Below, piece by piece: positions 1-13,255 of a stretch of DNA of 64,000 bases (its first letter is position 1; every line of letters starts with the position of its first letter). The stretch covers positions 82,152,001 through 82,216,000 of the forward strand of contig OZ076409.1 of the NCBI GenBank assembly GCA_964187785.1. The letters run 5' to 3'. The notes under the pieces were generated by a model. The model was not told the origin of the DNA. It ran no database searches and was given only the letters and a program-made list of their open reading frames with translations. The translations under genes and the position numbers were made by a program. Source of the DNA: Amphiscolops sp. MND2022. Its lineage: Eukaryota.

Positions 1-1907
1 TGGAAAAATGACCCCTTGGGGACATTTTAAAAGTTTTCAAAAAAGTCGAAAGGCGGCACCCTTTAGTCTCGTAAGGTTTCTTATGTTACGTTCAAAAAGG
101 AAATTGAAAAGGGCCCTTGCACATACCTTGATGCGTATCAGAAGTATTAGTTTAGAGTTTAGTTGATCAAACTGAACAAAAATTTTGTCGCTTTCGCACC
201 TGTCTTTCAGAAAAAAAGAAAAAAAATGAGTGACTGTATTTCCAAAATTGTTTTTTTGCCTATTTATATTAGGTTTTGAACAGACGAAAAAGACTAATTC
301 TAAAACGTGTTTTCCAAACTAGTTTGGCGTTTATGCAAGAACTATTCAATTTTTCTCTTTTCGTCATAAACGGTACTACCATTTTTGTCTCCTTCTCACA
401 AAATCACGCTAAATCAATAATTAGGAAAAGGACATTTTCGGATGTGCGTGACATTGTACGAAACCATTTGCTTCTTACTAGAGTTCCGCTGCTTCGGTTT
501 TTTAATTTTTTCAGTTTAGAAAACGCCTTTTTCAATCTATACGGTCACACTTTTGAGTAAATTTGGCACTGCGCGACTTCTTGCGAACTTCATTTTTTTC
601 GGAAAAAACACACGGATACAAGATTTCGTGAGATTTTTAGTTACGGTAAGATTTTTTTCATCCACGAAAAATAATCACAGTGCCGCTGCGCCTCTTTTAT
701 TGTTTATTCTTAGCTATGTTTCATCAAATATATTAACATACAAGAGTACGCTGATGCCATTGAATTAGTTCCAATGGCTTAAAGTTTTTACCAAGTAGAA
801 ACAAAAAGTGCAAAAAACGGTTTTGAACATTGAAAATACTCCATTGGGATTTATCATCACGGCAAACACTGCGTTGTGGAAAACTGAATTAATCTGTTAG
901 ACGTTAAACTTGGATTGCATCTTTTTTTTTAGAAAAATCCTCATAAAATACAAATGCCAATTCGAAAAATACAAACAACTACGATCAAATTAAATTCTTT
1001 GACAAATGAAAAGCTAGTTGTTGAGGACCATGTGATTATACTGCTATTGAAAAACAAAATTGAGAGTCTTTATTGCTTTTTCAAGATAATGCCATGATAA
1101 AAATAGGGCAACCGCTTTCAAGGTCATAGATAATGACTTGTCCATTGGGAAAAGCTGTATGGTAATTAGATAGAAATGAAAGGAAAGTGGCGCGGAATTC
1201 CGATCACATACTTTGATAAATTCCAGTCACCAAAGTTCCAAGCTTTTAAGCCCACTGTTATATAACTAATTGAAATTGATGTTTGAGGTTTTAATGCACT
1301 GCATGGCTTTTCCAATCATAAACAGCGTCGGAGTTTGTTTGCTTCCGCACTTTTAAAGGCATTTTCCGGCCAGTCATTTCGAGATAAATTTTTCATTGAT
1401 CAAGACGCAAATTGATCATTGAATTTCATAAATAACTTTGCAACTGCATATATTATTTCTCATAGATTTCGTTAGCAAAATACATGACATCGAATTAAGA
1501 TGTTTGTGGGCTAGTATAATCCCTTATTGACATAATTTTGTCCTAATTTGATCCTTGTTCCCAGCCGAGTCATCCGTTCCAATGATTAACTCATAAAGAT
1601 CAAAGCAAACGCTGTGACAAAGTGAAGGTTATGAAAATTTTCGTTTTCAACTCAACTCAAATGTAGTTTCTCTGATTCGCTATCTTGGCTAGTTGCACCA
1701 GCACTGGCTGTAAGATGGTGCAGTTTTCCAGAGGAAACATTCAACAAAATACTACACATGCTAAGCACAGGTACATACAATTAAACGGTCAAAAAAATTG
1801 AAAATTAATGCACATAACAAATTGATGTAACATCTTGTTTTTTTGTTGGCGTAAACTCATTGAAAGAGGACTAAAGATAGTATAGAAGTAGATTATAGCA
1901 AAAGAAG

Positions 1908-2172
1908 AACAAAACGGGAACGTCTGAAGTCGGCGCTATATCTAAGGCTCGAAAAGCGCAGATTCGAAATATACGTGGGACGTTTTCATGAAAAACTCCT
2001 GTTTTCGGACCTCCGCCTCCTCCTTACAAAAACGCAACATAGTTCAGATATAACGTCAAAAGTTCGGATATAGCGCTCAACTCCGGATATCACGAGGGGG
2101 GACTTCAATAAAATCGAAGGACCCTTAGAAGACAAAAAAATTTTCGAAAAAAGTCTCACAGCGCCGACTAAA
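1908..2172 (+). mobile_element. Short dispersed repeat, possibly a Helentron-associated (HINE/DINE-1-like) non-autonomous element
   Basis: 5' motif aacaa..cgggaacgtc..AAGTCGGCG.tatatctaaggctc and 3' CGCCGACTaaaa form a short subterminal inverted repeat. The same motifs recur at 17882-18305 (-), about 16488-16510 (-) and 59857-61120 (+). Confidence 0.45.
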
Positions 2173-2619
2173 AAGAACGTTCTTATTTTTTTACGAAAAT
2201 AAAATCTGTGATTTGACTCACCGAGAAATTACTAACGGAAGCTGCTGATACGCTTCGTTTGAAACCATTGTAGAATCTGTGAAAAATAGGCGGTACAAAT
2301 GGAACTTCAAATATGCATGTAATAAGATACGGGTTTGAAATTCAACTACTTAAAACAAGCTCACACCCATGCATTATACATTATTTTTAAGTAAACTTTC
2401 ATTTTGACTAATTCGAAATGTTCAAGTTCACGTCACAAATTTGAAGTCAAAAATTTGGTCAAAAAAGTTTTAAAAAGTGTTTTGAAAATAGCTCTCTACA
2501 AAAAGTTTAGATTTTGTTAATCTTACTATAGTATACTGAACAATGGAGACGTCTGGGAAAAATCCTCAAAAAGACTACTTTTTTCGGCGATGTGTCATGG
2601 GTGACCAGTGTCTTCAGTC

Positions 2620-3590
2620 CTGAACAGCGATACCCTATTCGGGAATGCTAGAATTTTTTTAATGCTACAGGCGTCTATGCAGAGTATTTTTTTCAATTCC
2701 TAATCTATTCACCAAGGTTCGGGTAGTAACTTCCATAGAATTCCAATGCAGTTTCCACTACGGAACGAAAATATTTCCCTCTTTCTTAATGACACGTGGT
2801 AATCACACTTTGATTTCGCCACTACTCAATTGGTGTAATCACTGTTTCTCGATTAGCAGGCTAATGACGACTCTAATTTGCAGTTAATAACACGACTTCA
2901 GTTATGTCGCATTGAAATGGCGGCAAATTTGATAACATTTTAGTTCCATTCAAAACTGGGACTGCTTCTGGGAGTGTGAACAGCATTGGATCACACTTTT
3001 TGTTTGAATTTTAGTGAAAATTTCAACGAATCCCTTGTTGAACATGCTTGAACTTTTTACATGTTCTTTAAAGTTGATAGCAACTTTTATTATGATTTTT
3101 TAAAACTCTTAGGGAAACTTTAATGCGTTAATATTTCCCTGTTGTCATCAATTTTTATCAAGCTGCCTGAAAGAGTCATTAAAGTTTTGGCGGCAATTTC
3201 AAGTCGTGAAGTTCAGCAAATTTTAATATGCATCAGTTCTAATTTTGAATGCAGCTGAGACGTCAACAATTTTGCCGCCTTTTTAATGATAATTAACTTC
3301 AATCACAATGTGAACAACAAACTAGCGTCATCTTCAGCGTCCTATTTGAGAAGCGATGATTAAATCAGATGAGTGTTGAGAAATCAATGTGTGAATACAA
3401 AATTATCGTGTCCGCAAAGAAGGGTGAAATATTTTCAAATTTAATTGCAGTAGTGGAAAATGCAGCGTAATTCTACAAGATTTGCCACCAGAACCTTAAG
3501 GAATTTTCTAGGTTTTATAAAAAAAACTACGCTACATGCAGGCCTGTAGCATGGTAAAAGCTCCAGCTGTCTCAACTAGGTATAGCTCTA
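2620..3590. repeat. Degenerate ~1-kb foldback palindrome (MITE-like)
   Basis: Arms match in inverted orientation, e.g. atgctacaggc (~2662) vs gcctgtagcat (~3542) and ggcggcaaattttgat (~2919) vs caacaattttgccgcc (~3264). Confidence 0.6.
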
Positions 3591-3624
3591 AAACATTTGA
3601 AACGGGCGAAGCCCATTTTCATCA

Positions 3625-4650
3625 CCCGGGTCGACCCTCAATGGATATCTTAGTAAGATCTTGGCAAGATCTTGCCAAGATCTTGGAAAAATCTTAGCCA
3701 AGATCGTGACAAGATATTGCCAAAAATTGCAAGATGCCATGGTAAGATCTTATCGAGAGAGCCATGTTTCCAAGAAAAATCTTACTAAGAAACCCAATAT
3801 GGCAAGAAAAATCTTACTAAGAAATCCTATTTAGAAAGAAAAAAATCTGAAAGGAAGTCAACAAAAATCAACATTTCTGCAGATTTATATTGTTAGACTT
3901 CTGTCAGCAATGTATAAAATTTGGTTGAAGAGATATTTATTTAGGAAGGCTGGTTAAATAGTTCTCTCAACTGCAAAACTGTCGCCAACAACGGCGTCAG
4001 AAAAGCCTTGAGCTGAATCATTACCCAAATTAGAGCAATGACCGCCGTTTCTAGCAGTAATAAGGCTGCTGAAACAGGCTCAAAAAAAGCTGGAAATATG
4101 ATTTTTACAAAAATTTCCGGATTTTAAGGTCTGTCCTTTGTAACTTTCCGATAGTGGGTCTCAACGTTTGAGAGCATATTTATCCGTCTCTGGAATCGAC
4201 AGGAGTGATAAATTACAAGTTTTGGAAAGCCCTTGAAATGACCTTTCATTTGGTATATTCGCATTTCTCAGTCTTAAACAGGTGAGGACTTTTTAGGATT
4301 CTCGTCAAAATTTCGGAAGCCAGAATACGTTATCGTAATTTTTCACGCATTTTTCATGCAATTTTCTAAAGCAAGTTTGAGCATTTTGATTATGAAAACG
4401 AGTAGAAATAGTCGTTGTTGGGTGAAATGAGCCTTCAGATTGAGTCTCGGCTGCTTGTACCGAAGGTATAGTGTTTTTTATAATCTTAAAATTTTGTCCA
4501 TCGTGAAAAGATACGATCTTGGAATAAGTATCATCTTAGTAAGATCTTAATAAGAATCTCGCCATGGGATCCATGGCTGCCAAGATGTAGTAAGAATTTG
4601 GCAAGATCTTGCCAAGACAGCCAAGATGCTAATAAGAGGGTCAACCCGGG
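3625..4650. mobile_element. Non-autonomous DNA transposon with CCC...GGG ends and 2-bp TSD (CMC/EnSpm-like)
   Basis: TIR CCCGGGTCGACCCTC / GAGGGTCAACCCGGG, flanked by CA on both sides, with subterminal arrays of (cc)aagatcttgg repeats at both ends. Confidence 0.75.
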
Positions 4651-5582
4651 CAATAATATTGTCAAATCTTGAATATATAGCTAGAAAGTGAGTAGTGACA
4701 ACTGACTATTCAATAATTTTGCCTGAGTTTTCTGACTATCTTCAAAGGAGTTTTTGCAAAAAGCCTGTATCTTCGACTACTTTTCGCTCTGTTTCTTTCA
4801 AATAACAAAGATGATTCTTCTAAAATTAGAGGCTTTCATCTAAACCTAAAACGTCTCAGCGAATTCCCAAAGTTAGAATCAGTATGATAAATCTGTCTGG
4901 GAATGAAAAATTTACTCGTAAATTTATGAATAAATTAAGATTCTAAGCCGAGCACTTCACGTGGGAATAGTAAATGAATATTTGATATCAAACGGAAATT
5001 TCACCGAGCCTCTATATTATTCATAATCATATGTTCTTAAGTATTCATTGAAGAGTGGCAATTCGACGTCTCGCATAATTCATCATTTTTAGAATCCAGC
5101 TGTCATTTTTGTATCAACGTTAACTTGAAAAATCCTGACAGGATTCATAGTTCTTCAGAGAGGATTTCTGGTTATTCGTAAAATTGCCAAAACCTACTCA
5201 GATGTAGTTCTTCAAATTAGCAGAGTAGAACAAATACTATTGAAAATGTCAAAAGCGCCACACCAAAAGCGTTTACTGGGTGAAGCTAAAAACAGGACGT
5301 TCAAAAGTTGTCACATGATAAATGTCAAAGTTTGTGATAATCATTTTGAAGCTTGAAGTATAATCTAGAAGATTAAACTGGAACTCTATTTTCAGCCTAT
5401 AAGAACTTATAGCAAGAATAAATTTCGAATTTTTAAGCAATTGTTAAAATTTCAAACTAAACTGCTTGGGAAAAATTCAAACTGAAATGGACAACCATTT
5501 GAGCCTATTTGGCACTTTTTGAAGCGGAAAGTTGATTTTTATTCAGCCGTGCTGTTTTTGGTTCACCTAGTATGTTGTAGGT

Positions 5583-5804
5583 ATGTCTTGTGAAAAAATC
5601 GTGTTCAAGAACGAGACGTTCTTGTGCTGTTCAGAAGGAAATTTTACCTCAGTTGAGTCTGAAAACTTTACCCGGAACAGTCACCCTAATTGCCCGTTGA
5701 ATATGCGAGTGAAAAGCGAGGGGATTGAAGGTCTGGGAATTATGGGGGTGCTCGTTGGATTCATTGTTCTTATGATGTACTACTTCTGCTGCAAAAAAAG
5801 CTGA
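5583..5804 (+). CDS. Putative 73-aa single-pass membrane microprotein
   Basis: ATG-initiated ORF with three N-x-T sequons (NET, NFT, NFT) and 4 Cys in the N-terminal part, one hydrophobic helix (GLGIMGVLVGFIVLMMYYF) and a CCKKS tail. Confidence 0.4.
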   Translation: MSCEKIVFKNETFLCCSEGNFTSVESENFTRNSHPNCPLNMRVKSEGIEGLGIMGVLVGFIVLMMYYFCCKKS

Positions 5805-7141
5805 GTCAGTTATTTTAACCTTTGTTTTTCCACTAAGCGCGCACAGGGGTCATTCATTTAGACACAGGAATCGTTTTTTAAAACTAGCATTAGGATTACT
5901 ATAAACTGAACAACAAAGCGGTTTATTCTCATTATACTATTTTTTTGAAATCTAGTAATTTTTTTCTAATTAGTGAAATTCGTAAGAATTCTTCAAAAAT
6001 ACAAGCAATGAAAAAAACCCTTTTTTGTTCTATTTATAGTAATCTTATTTTAATGAAACTATGTTTTTAGATGTAAATGAGAACCTAGAGAATAAAACAG
6101 TGTACTAGCGGAACCTTTTAGTGATTGTTTGAGCCGCCATTTTTTTCTCAGAATCAAGACCACCAGTGTTCAAACTTGTAGGATTATCACTTGTAGGATT
6201 TGTTTTTGAAGAGATCATGTTTAGGACAAATTTGACAAGCAACTTGAATCGGTTTTTTTTCTGATTTTTGCTTCAGAATTCTAATCTTGAGACTTTTTGA
6301 GTTGAGTTTCATTCAAGTTATAGTGATGGAAAAAAATAAGTCGAAAGTTATACCATTATTTGACCAGTTATTATATATTTTTTTGTTTTTGATGAGACTT
6401 ATTATAATAGGTACTTTGAGGGAAGTCTCATCAAATACAAAAAGAACTATATTCTATATATGAATTGCTTTAACTGTCTCCGACGACTCTAAAGATTTGA
6501 TTCGCGCTACTAAAATTTTATGGTGAGATTTTTTCTTGTTTCATTCCATTGAACTGCAGTAACTGAATTAGTGAAACAATCTAAGCTGAAAAATATCAGC
6601 AGAAAATGCTTGACAAATAACCTTGGCTATGTTGTTGTTAAAAAATAACTGCCACTTTTTGCCATGAAAATAGCCTGGCTATTCTTCAAGGTTTGGCATC
6701 TAAACATCAAAATATTTGTGTTTTTTCAACTCTCTCCAGGTTAACGAGATATTTCAAGGTTGAATGCTTGTTATTTTTGTGGTTGAAAAAATCGATTGGA
6801 TTGAGCCGCTCTTAAGCTTTGCTTGCTGCATAATTCTACGTTGGTTGAAGTGGGATAAAATCGAGTAAATTTTTCAGCAAGTAAAAATCGAAATGCAACC
6901 AGAAAAGGCAGCGTCTACTTTTGTCTTCAAGTCAAGCAAAGGCTGAATAGACCATCCAAGGAACTTCAACCGCATCTGCCGATTATTGTACCAACTGTGC
7001 CAGCAGTGAATCACTTATCCCAATTTTCCTTTGCTTTGATTGAATTTTTCCACTCCGGATTTGTCCGCACACCTTTTATTTGCTGGCTTACCAAAGTCTG
7101 GAACAGGAGGTTCTTCTGGACGCACTTACCAACATACCAAG

Positions 7142-7295
7142 ATGGTGACTATTTCCGTCAAAGTGTTGGGAGTCCTACTGTTGGGAGTGATAATTTGCTT
7201 TGGTTTGACCCGAGCTGAAGACAATGATGATGGTTTGGCGTTCAGTCAGGTGCTGACAAACTATGACAAGAACAGGCGGCCTGGTTTCGGCACAA
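7142..7295 (+). CDS. Cys-loop ligand-gated anion channel subunit, coding exon 1 (signal peptide and N-terminus)
   Basis: MVTISVKVLGVLLLGVIICFGLTRA signal peptide, then LTNYDKNRRPG (family YD.x.xRP motif); donor A|GTAAGC at 7296, phase 1. Confidence 0.9.
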
Positions 7296-8599
7296 GTAAG
7301 CAGACCTTTAAAACTGATTTTAAATATTGATTTAAATTTTTCTTTTTTTAAAAGTTTCTTTCATTTTCTTAGCAATGAAAAAAAAACAAAATGAGATTCT
7401 ACCGAAGTTTCAAAAATCAAAGGAACTCAAGCAAATAAGAAAATACGATTTGTTAACCTAGGCTGAAGTTTCACTATTGAAATCAATCTCAATGACATGA
7501 ATAGCAATTAGCTCGCAGTTCTTGATTGCTTCAAATCTCGAGAAAAATTTACGCCGCAAACAACGCGTAAGTCTTTGAGCAAACTAAGCATATCGGGAAT
7601 GAATCTTTCGGTGAGTGAAGGTTCCACAAAATTATTCAAAAATGAAACTGTCCGTATTCAGTTACCTACATCACTGTGCTATTACCATTACTAAATTTCC
7701 CAGAGGACCTTTCTTTGCAATAAAATCGAGCTTCCATCAAGAGTTTCCAAGGAAAATCTCAACCCTTGGTTTGGACTGCAAAAATGAATATAGGGTGGCT
7801 CATTTCAAAGTATGTTTTACAACTTCTTTTAAGTCAGATTGGACATTGGAAATGCCTTCATTTATAATATCTTTTCAAAACACTTCGATATAACTACTTT
7901 CTGCCACGACGCATTTTATATTAACATATAACATGAATTTTCTTTTTGGGACTTCAAAGATGCTAGCGTAATTATTATATAGAAATCGTTTTTAGATTAC
8001 AAAGATTGTCATGAGTACGTACGGAAGTGTCTATACCAAAATGAAATTGGAACCGGATGCACGCAACTCATCCCGGATTTGATCGCAGGACTGAACCAAC
8101 GAAGGTGAAAACGTTCACATAAGAGTAAATAATGGTGGAAATTCAATCTTGGAAGCAAAGCAAAAGATTTTCATTTTCCTTTCTATACATTTCGAGAAGA
8201 TAATCCCAAATTTTTGTTCCACTCAATTTTTTCCAAACAGTTCCATATTAACCACGGTTAACCATAAGTTGACTGTTTTAAAGACTTCCTTGTTTGAATA
8301 CTGCAAACATGTCTAACTTTCAACGTCCTATTCTAAAAAAGTCAGTGGTTTTGTTCAAACTTCTGTTTTGTCTAAAGGTTATCTTCATTCCCATTTAAGC
8401 CATTTAAGGGCGATACGCTATTTTACATTTTAATAACCAGCTGATTTGGCCTAATAAGGCGTGTTAGCTCAGTTGACAAGGTGTATACATATAAGTATAA
8501 AAAATACACAAAGTCTTCCTGCAGATTCACTCCAGAATAAGTTGGCAAGAAATCAATCGACATCATAACATAGACTCAAAAAGTGCTCAGAAAGATTGG

Positions 8600-9330
8600 C
8601 ATGTACCAGAAATCAATCAACAGATTCTCGAACACGGTTCATACAACACTGTGTTTTAGTATCGTACTCAACATACGCCTTTAATGAAAAGGTATCGGGA
8701 TGTACACTTCCCAGCTGCTTCAAAACAGCTAAGGTCTTCCCATTGCCTTGAAAAGGTGATAGAAAAACCTGAAAACTTTCGTTCCATCACTTTGTTGGGC
8801 TTGTTTGATCTACATAAAAACTGCATCCTATCCGTTGCAGTACAAATTTCGCTCGCAATTATAATGTGTTGACAATATCACAAAAGTTACAAAACACATG
8901 AAATGAAAAAGGAATAAATCAACAGGCCAAGCTGACTTTATCCACTTGTAGAAAACTTTTGACACCCTAGATAACTAAACTTTATTGGACAAATGGGAGT
9001 TAGTTGTATGGTCTCAGAGGTGTCATAAAGGAAGTTTTTAAATCTTACAAGGACGAACGGTGTCACTAAGTCAGCATCGGTAAACCTGAAACTCTCACAG
9101 GGCCATTAACAACAGGTGTGCTTCTTGGATCTGTATTCGGACCGTTTCTCTTTCTTTTATACGTTATTTATTCGAAAAATTGAAAAACATTAAATGTTTG
9201 CTGATGACACAACGATAGACAAAAAGTTGATCCGATTAGCAAATGAGACCTGAGTAAAACAATAGATTGATTCACCTGTACCAAAGTGACTATCAACATA
9301 GACAAATCTGAAGCCATAATATTTAGTTTT
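8600..9330 (+). pseudogene. Decayed non-LTR retrotransposon (CR1/L2-like) RT fragment
   Basis: Frameshifted remnants of RT motifs: FPAASK, ENFRSITLL, KTFDTLD, GVLLGSVFGPFLF, MFADDTT. Confidence 0.75.
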
Positions 9331-9904
9331 TTTCCATTACAGCTCTCTCAAAAATTTTTAGACACAGAAATGGAGATACAAAGCCGATATGAAATTTATT
9401 TCTGTCGGAGTCAAAAGTTACAACACAAAATCACAAGTTCTCCTTTTGTTCTCTTTGGCCCTCGGTACGTTTCTTATACAATTTCATTTCACTTGAGGGT
9501 CTTTTTTTACTTTTTTTTTCAATAACAACCGTTAGAAAAAGTCTCTTTTTACAATCAAAAGAGAACTTTTTGGAATTTTTATAGCCTTGTCCTGAATTTC
9601 TGCAGAAACTTGTCTTGAGGTTTTTGATAAAAAGTTTTGCAGATTCTGAGCCTTAAACAAGACGCCGACCTCAAGCGTCCCTCTCCTTGCATTTTAAACA
9701 TAATAACGTGATCGGAGCACAAATTACCATCTCTCAACTTGTTCGCACACATTTTGCAAAATTTTGAGTTTAACGTAAGCTTTTGCATACTGAATGAGTT
9801 ACAAAATTGAATAATTCTTGGCAATATTCATAGCTTACACTGAACCAATAAGGCTCATCGCCACACCTTTTGCTAATGCACTTTTTAGAAAACTTCCCAT
9901 CAAG

Positions 9905-10318
9905 CAGTGAATTAGGTTTTACTGAAAACCGCGCTTTTCGCTTGTTGCGCTTTTGACTGGCCCGCTTATGCTTAAGCGGCGCTTTTGCTAAGAAAACTTA
10001 GGTCCAGCTTATTTAAGTTTTGAAAAACTGCATTTTCTTGACATTCGAACTTTGGAAATTTCGATCTGTTAGTCCCTTTTCTCAATAAACTACCACAAGA
10101 GACAAGTCTTTCAACTGTACTGGTGTCGGGCGAAATGCTAAGTACAAAAAACTTGCCACTGTAAGAGTCGGGCCCTTTTTGTTACCTTAATAGCTAAAAT
10201 GTTATACGAATCAGATAAGCGCAAATTTCAGTCTTCGCTTCCGCTTTCGGCGCTTATTCGGATATTACGTCGCTTTCGCTTCTTTTGCGCTTTCGCTTAG
10301 AAGCAACCTAATTCACTG
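9905..10318. mobile_element. hAT-type MITE
   Basis: TIR CAGTGAATTAGGTT / AACCTAATTCACTG with a perfect 8-bp TSD CCATCAAG (9897-9904 and 10319-10326). Confidence 0.85.
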
Positions 10319-13255
10319 CCATCAAGTCTAGAAAATGCTTGGAAAAAACCGAGCAACTTTGACGAACATTTTTGAGGAAAAAATGCTACAAGAAACCGAT
10401 CTGAGACTTCTCGAATTTAATTTCTCACCCCTAGTCGAAGTTGCCGCGAAGTTTTACAGGCACCTTCAAAATTGCCGGCTAATTTTTTTTATAAAACATG
10501 GAAAATTCAGGGACCATGCATGGAAACATTTTGTAGGATTACTATGCAGCTTTCACTATTTGAGTTAAAACTGAAAACATTTCCACTTCTTCACCACCGT
10601 GATCACTTTGTTTTCACGCGTAAGTTTCTCAAGCAACTACCTTATGTAAACACCATTAGTCAAATAGCACGCAGAATATGACGCTACTTTGAAACTTATA
10701 AAATGACTGAAAAATATTTGCATTGAAACCGCGGTAAAACTGATGAAGGTCTCAGCTGCTTTCAAAATTGGAACGGCGTCTTCTTGAAACCTGCAAAACT
10801 TCGCGGCTCGGAATTGCCGCCAAACTTAGGATGCACCTTATAGGCAGCTTGATATATTTAAATTGCATCAGGGAAGTTTTAATGCATGGACGTTTCCTTG
10901 AGACTTTTATTAAATCATGAAAAATTAGCTTGGTAGCCTACAAAAACTTGTAAAAAGTTCAAGCAGTTCCAACCAGGGTGCGATCTAGTACTTGTACTGC
11001 GATGACTAAAAACTTAAAGAAAACCCAGGAGTTATAAGTCATAGTTAACATCGCAAAGAAAATCATCGAATCACAAAAGTTTTCTTGGGAACTTTTCAGG
11101 CGTTAATCAAAAAGGCAAAAAGGCATATTGAGATCTCGAACATTCCATTGTTTTCTCAATCCCAATTCCATCTGGCATCTGCAATGGTAGGGGCAGCACA
11201 ACGTTGACAGGGTATGAAATAATAACGTAATCCTACATTTTATCGTCAGACCGAAATAGACCGAACAAATCTGAAGAGCAATGGCGAGTCTCACGTCTAA
11301 TGCTAGCTAGGGAGTGCTAATTGTGTCTTTAACAGTTTGGAAAATGAAAAATGCTTAAGAACTCGTGAAACAAATGCTAATTCAGAGACTTCAGACGATG
11401 GAATTTTTTGACGAAAGCTACGACACCACAGAAAAAAGTACGAAAAAGCGTAGAGATAATAAGCAAAACCACGTGGGACTCCACATTCAGATTCTAAACA
11501 GACTCACAGCTTGTTCTTTTTTCAACGACATTGGAGCTAGAGCTGTTGCAACCAGTTTTACGAATTTATTTGCCGTACTGGCACCACTCGTAGGCATTGC
11601 CACGAAAACCTTGGAAGTTTCGCTGAGAATTTGTCTTTAAATTCCTTGATGTTGCTTCGAAAGCCCGCCAATTTTTAGAGAAATCCTATTATGTACCTGA
11701 GAAGTTGGACACGCGGCATGAAATTGTTGAGCATGAAAACTTCAACCAATAGCTCCGGTAAACCTATTAAGTTTGCCTTTCAACCAATGAAAGCATTCAA
11801 AACTTTTGAGCACTTTCAACTAGTAGATTTTGATCAACTAGGGTTTTTCAACTAGGTCTTTCAACTAGGTTTTTCAACTAGGGTAGATTTTGATAAATCA
11901 TGGTTTTTGATCTTTTTATTGCTAATTTAATTTTTTCCGTTATCGATTGACGTCATCTAGATTAATAAGAACCGCTATTTTTCAAGCGATTGCCTTTCGC
12001 AGCTCTTTTAACAAGTTTAACTTCTTTCAGCATTAGAAGAAACAAAAGCGGAATTGGCGCCACTGAATGCCGCAAAAAACAAATAATTCTTCAAGGACTT
12101 TTATTAGTTTCTCGTTTGAAAATGTATACAGCAATGAAATTTTCGGTGAAAAATCATTAGCAGAAAGTTCAAGAAAGTTATGCTTTTCATAATTTTCATG
12201 ATTCTTTCAATTTTGTCAAGTTGTTTTTTTGCGTCTCTTTCTTGAAAAAAATTCGAATTCTGGTACTAATAGCATTTTACCATAAAACGCAGTTGTCATT
12301 AGCTACTGCTCTTTGATCACTTGCAACACTTTTCTATTCAGAAAAGAGGTGCTTTGAAATTGGTAAAAGCCAGAGATTGAAAAAACAATGTATTTTCCTT
12401 GCTTCGAAAATTTATTTTCATTTCTTTCACGGCCGATGCAGAGAAAATCCGTCTGTGAGATGACGGCTATTGACGATTATTGACGAATGAGGATTTTGAC
12501 TAGAATTTAGACTGTTTGAGTAGACGTTCATCCTCTAGAATAAAAAGTTGCAGAGATTCGGCGCACGGCTCAATTTTCATTTGAAAAAATACTTGCATTA
12601 TTTATTTTTCCATTGCATTTTTATTACATTCCCCGTGATGAAAATGGCGTCGTTCTTGTCAATTTTTATGACTTGAAGATCTAACTCTAAATTTTCCAAC
12701 AAGTTTATTGGAAGCATAAAGTTTAACGAAATAGAAAAAATATGACTTTCAACCTCTCCAGACCAATTATTGCAAATCTTATAGCCACATACAAGCGACC
12801 TTTACAACTTATATAAGCCCCACAAAAACTAAAAGCCAAGAAAGGGCGTCTATAAGGATTAATCGAACCTCCTTTTGGGCGTAACAAAAAGAAAGGATGT
12901 TGCCCCAACAGTGCTTTGCGTCTGAGGGTTACATAGGTCTTGATGAATTGAATTCTCAGACAACTGATGGTCGAAGGAACAATTCATAGAAAGGACTTTG
13001 TTTCGTACTTTTTTGTACAAGATGGTTACTGAATCAACCTTTAATGGCTCAGATAATTATTCATTTTCCTTCTATTCGTTTTTTTTTGGATTTTCAAAAT
13101 CATGATAACTTCTTTTACTAGGACATTACTGCATCTGAAACGCTGCCTAATCAAAGATAAATTCATTTTTTGTTTTTGTTCCTGGCACAGTGCAGCTTTT
13201 TTCGTAGTGCTCCACTTATGAGTTTTTAAATTTTTTTTGGAGACGAAAAAACGTT

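Noticed and set aside
3650..3760. Short repeated aagatcttgg units resembling a CRISPR-like array
   Set aside because: No unique spacers or constant period; they are subterminal repeats of a TIR element in a eukaryotic genome.
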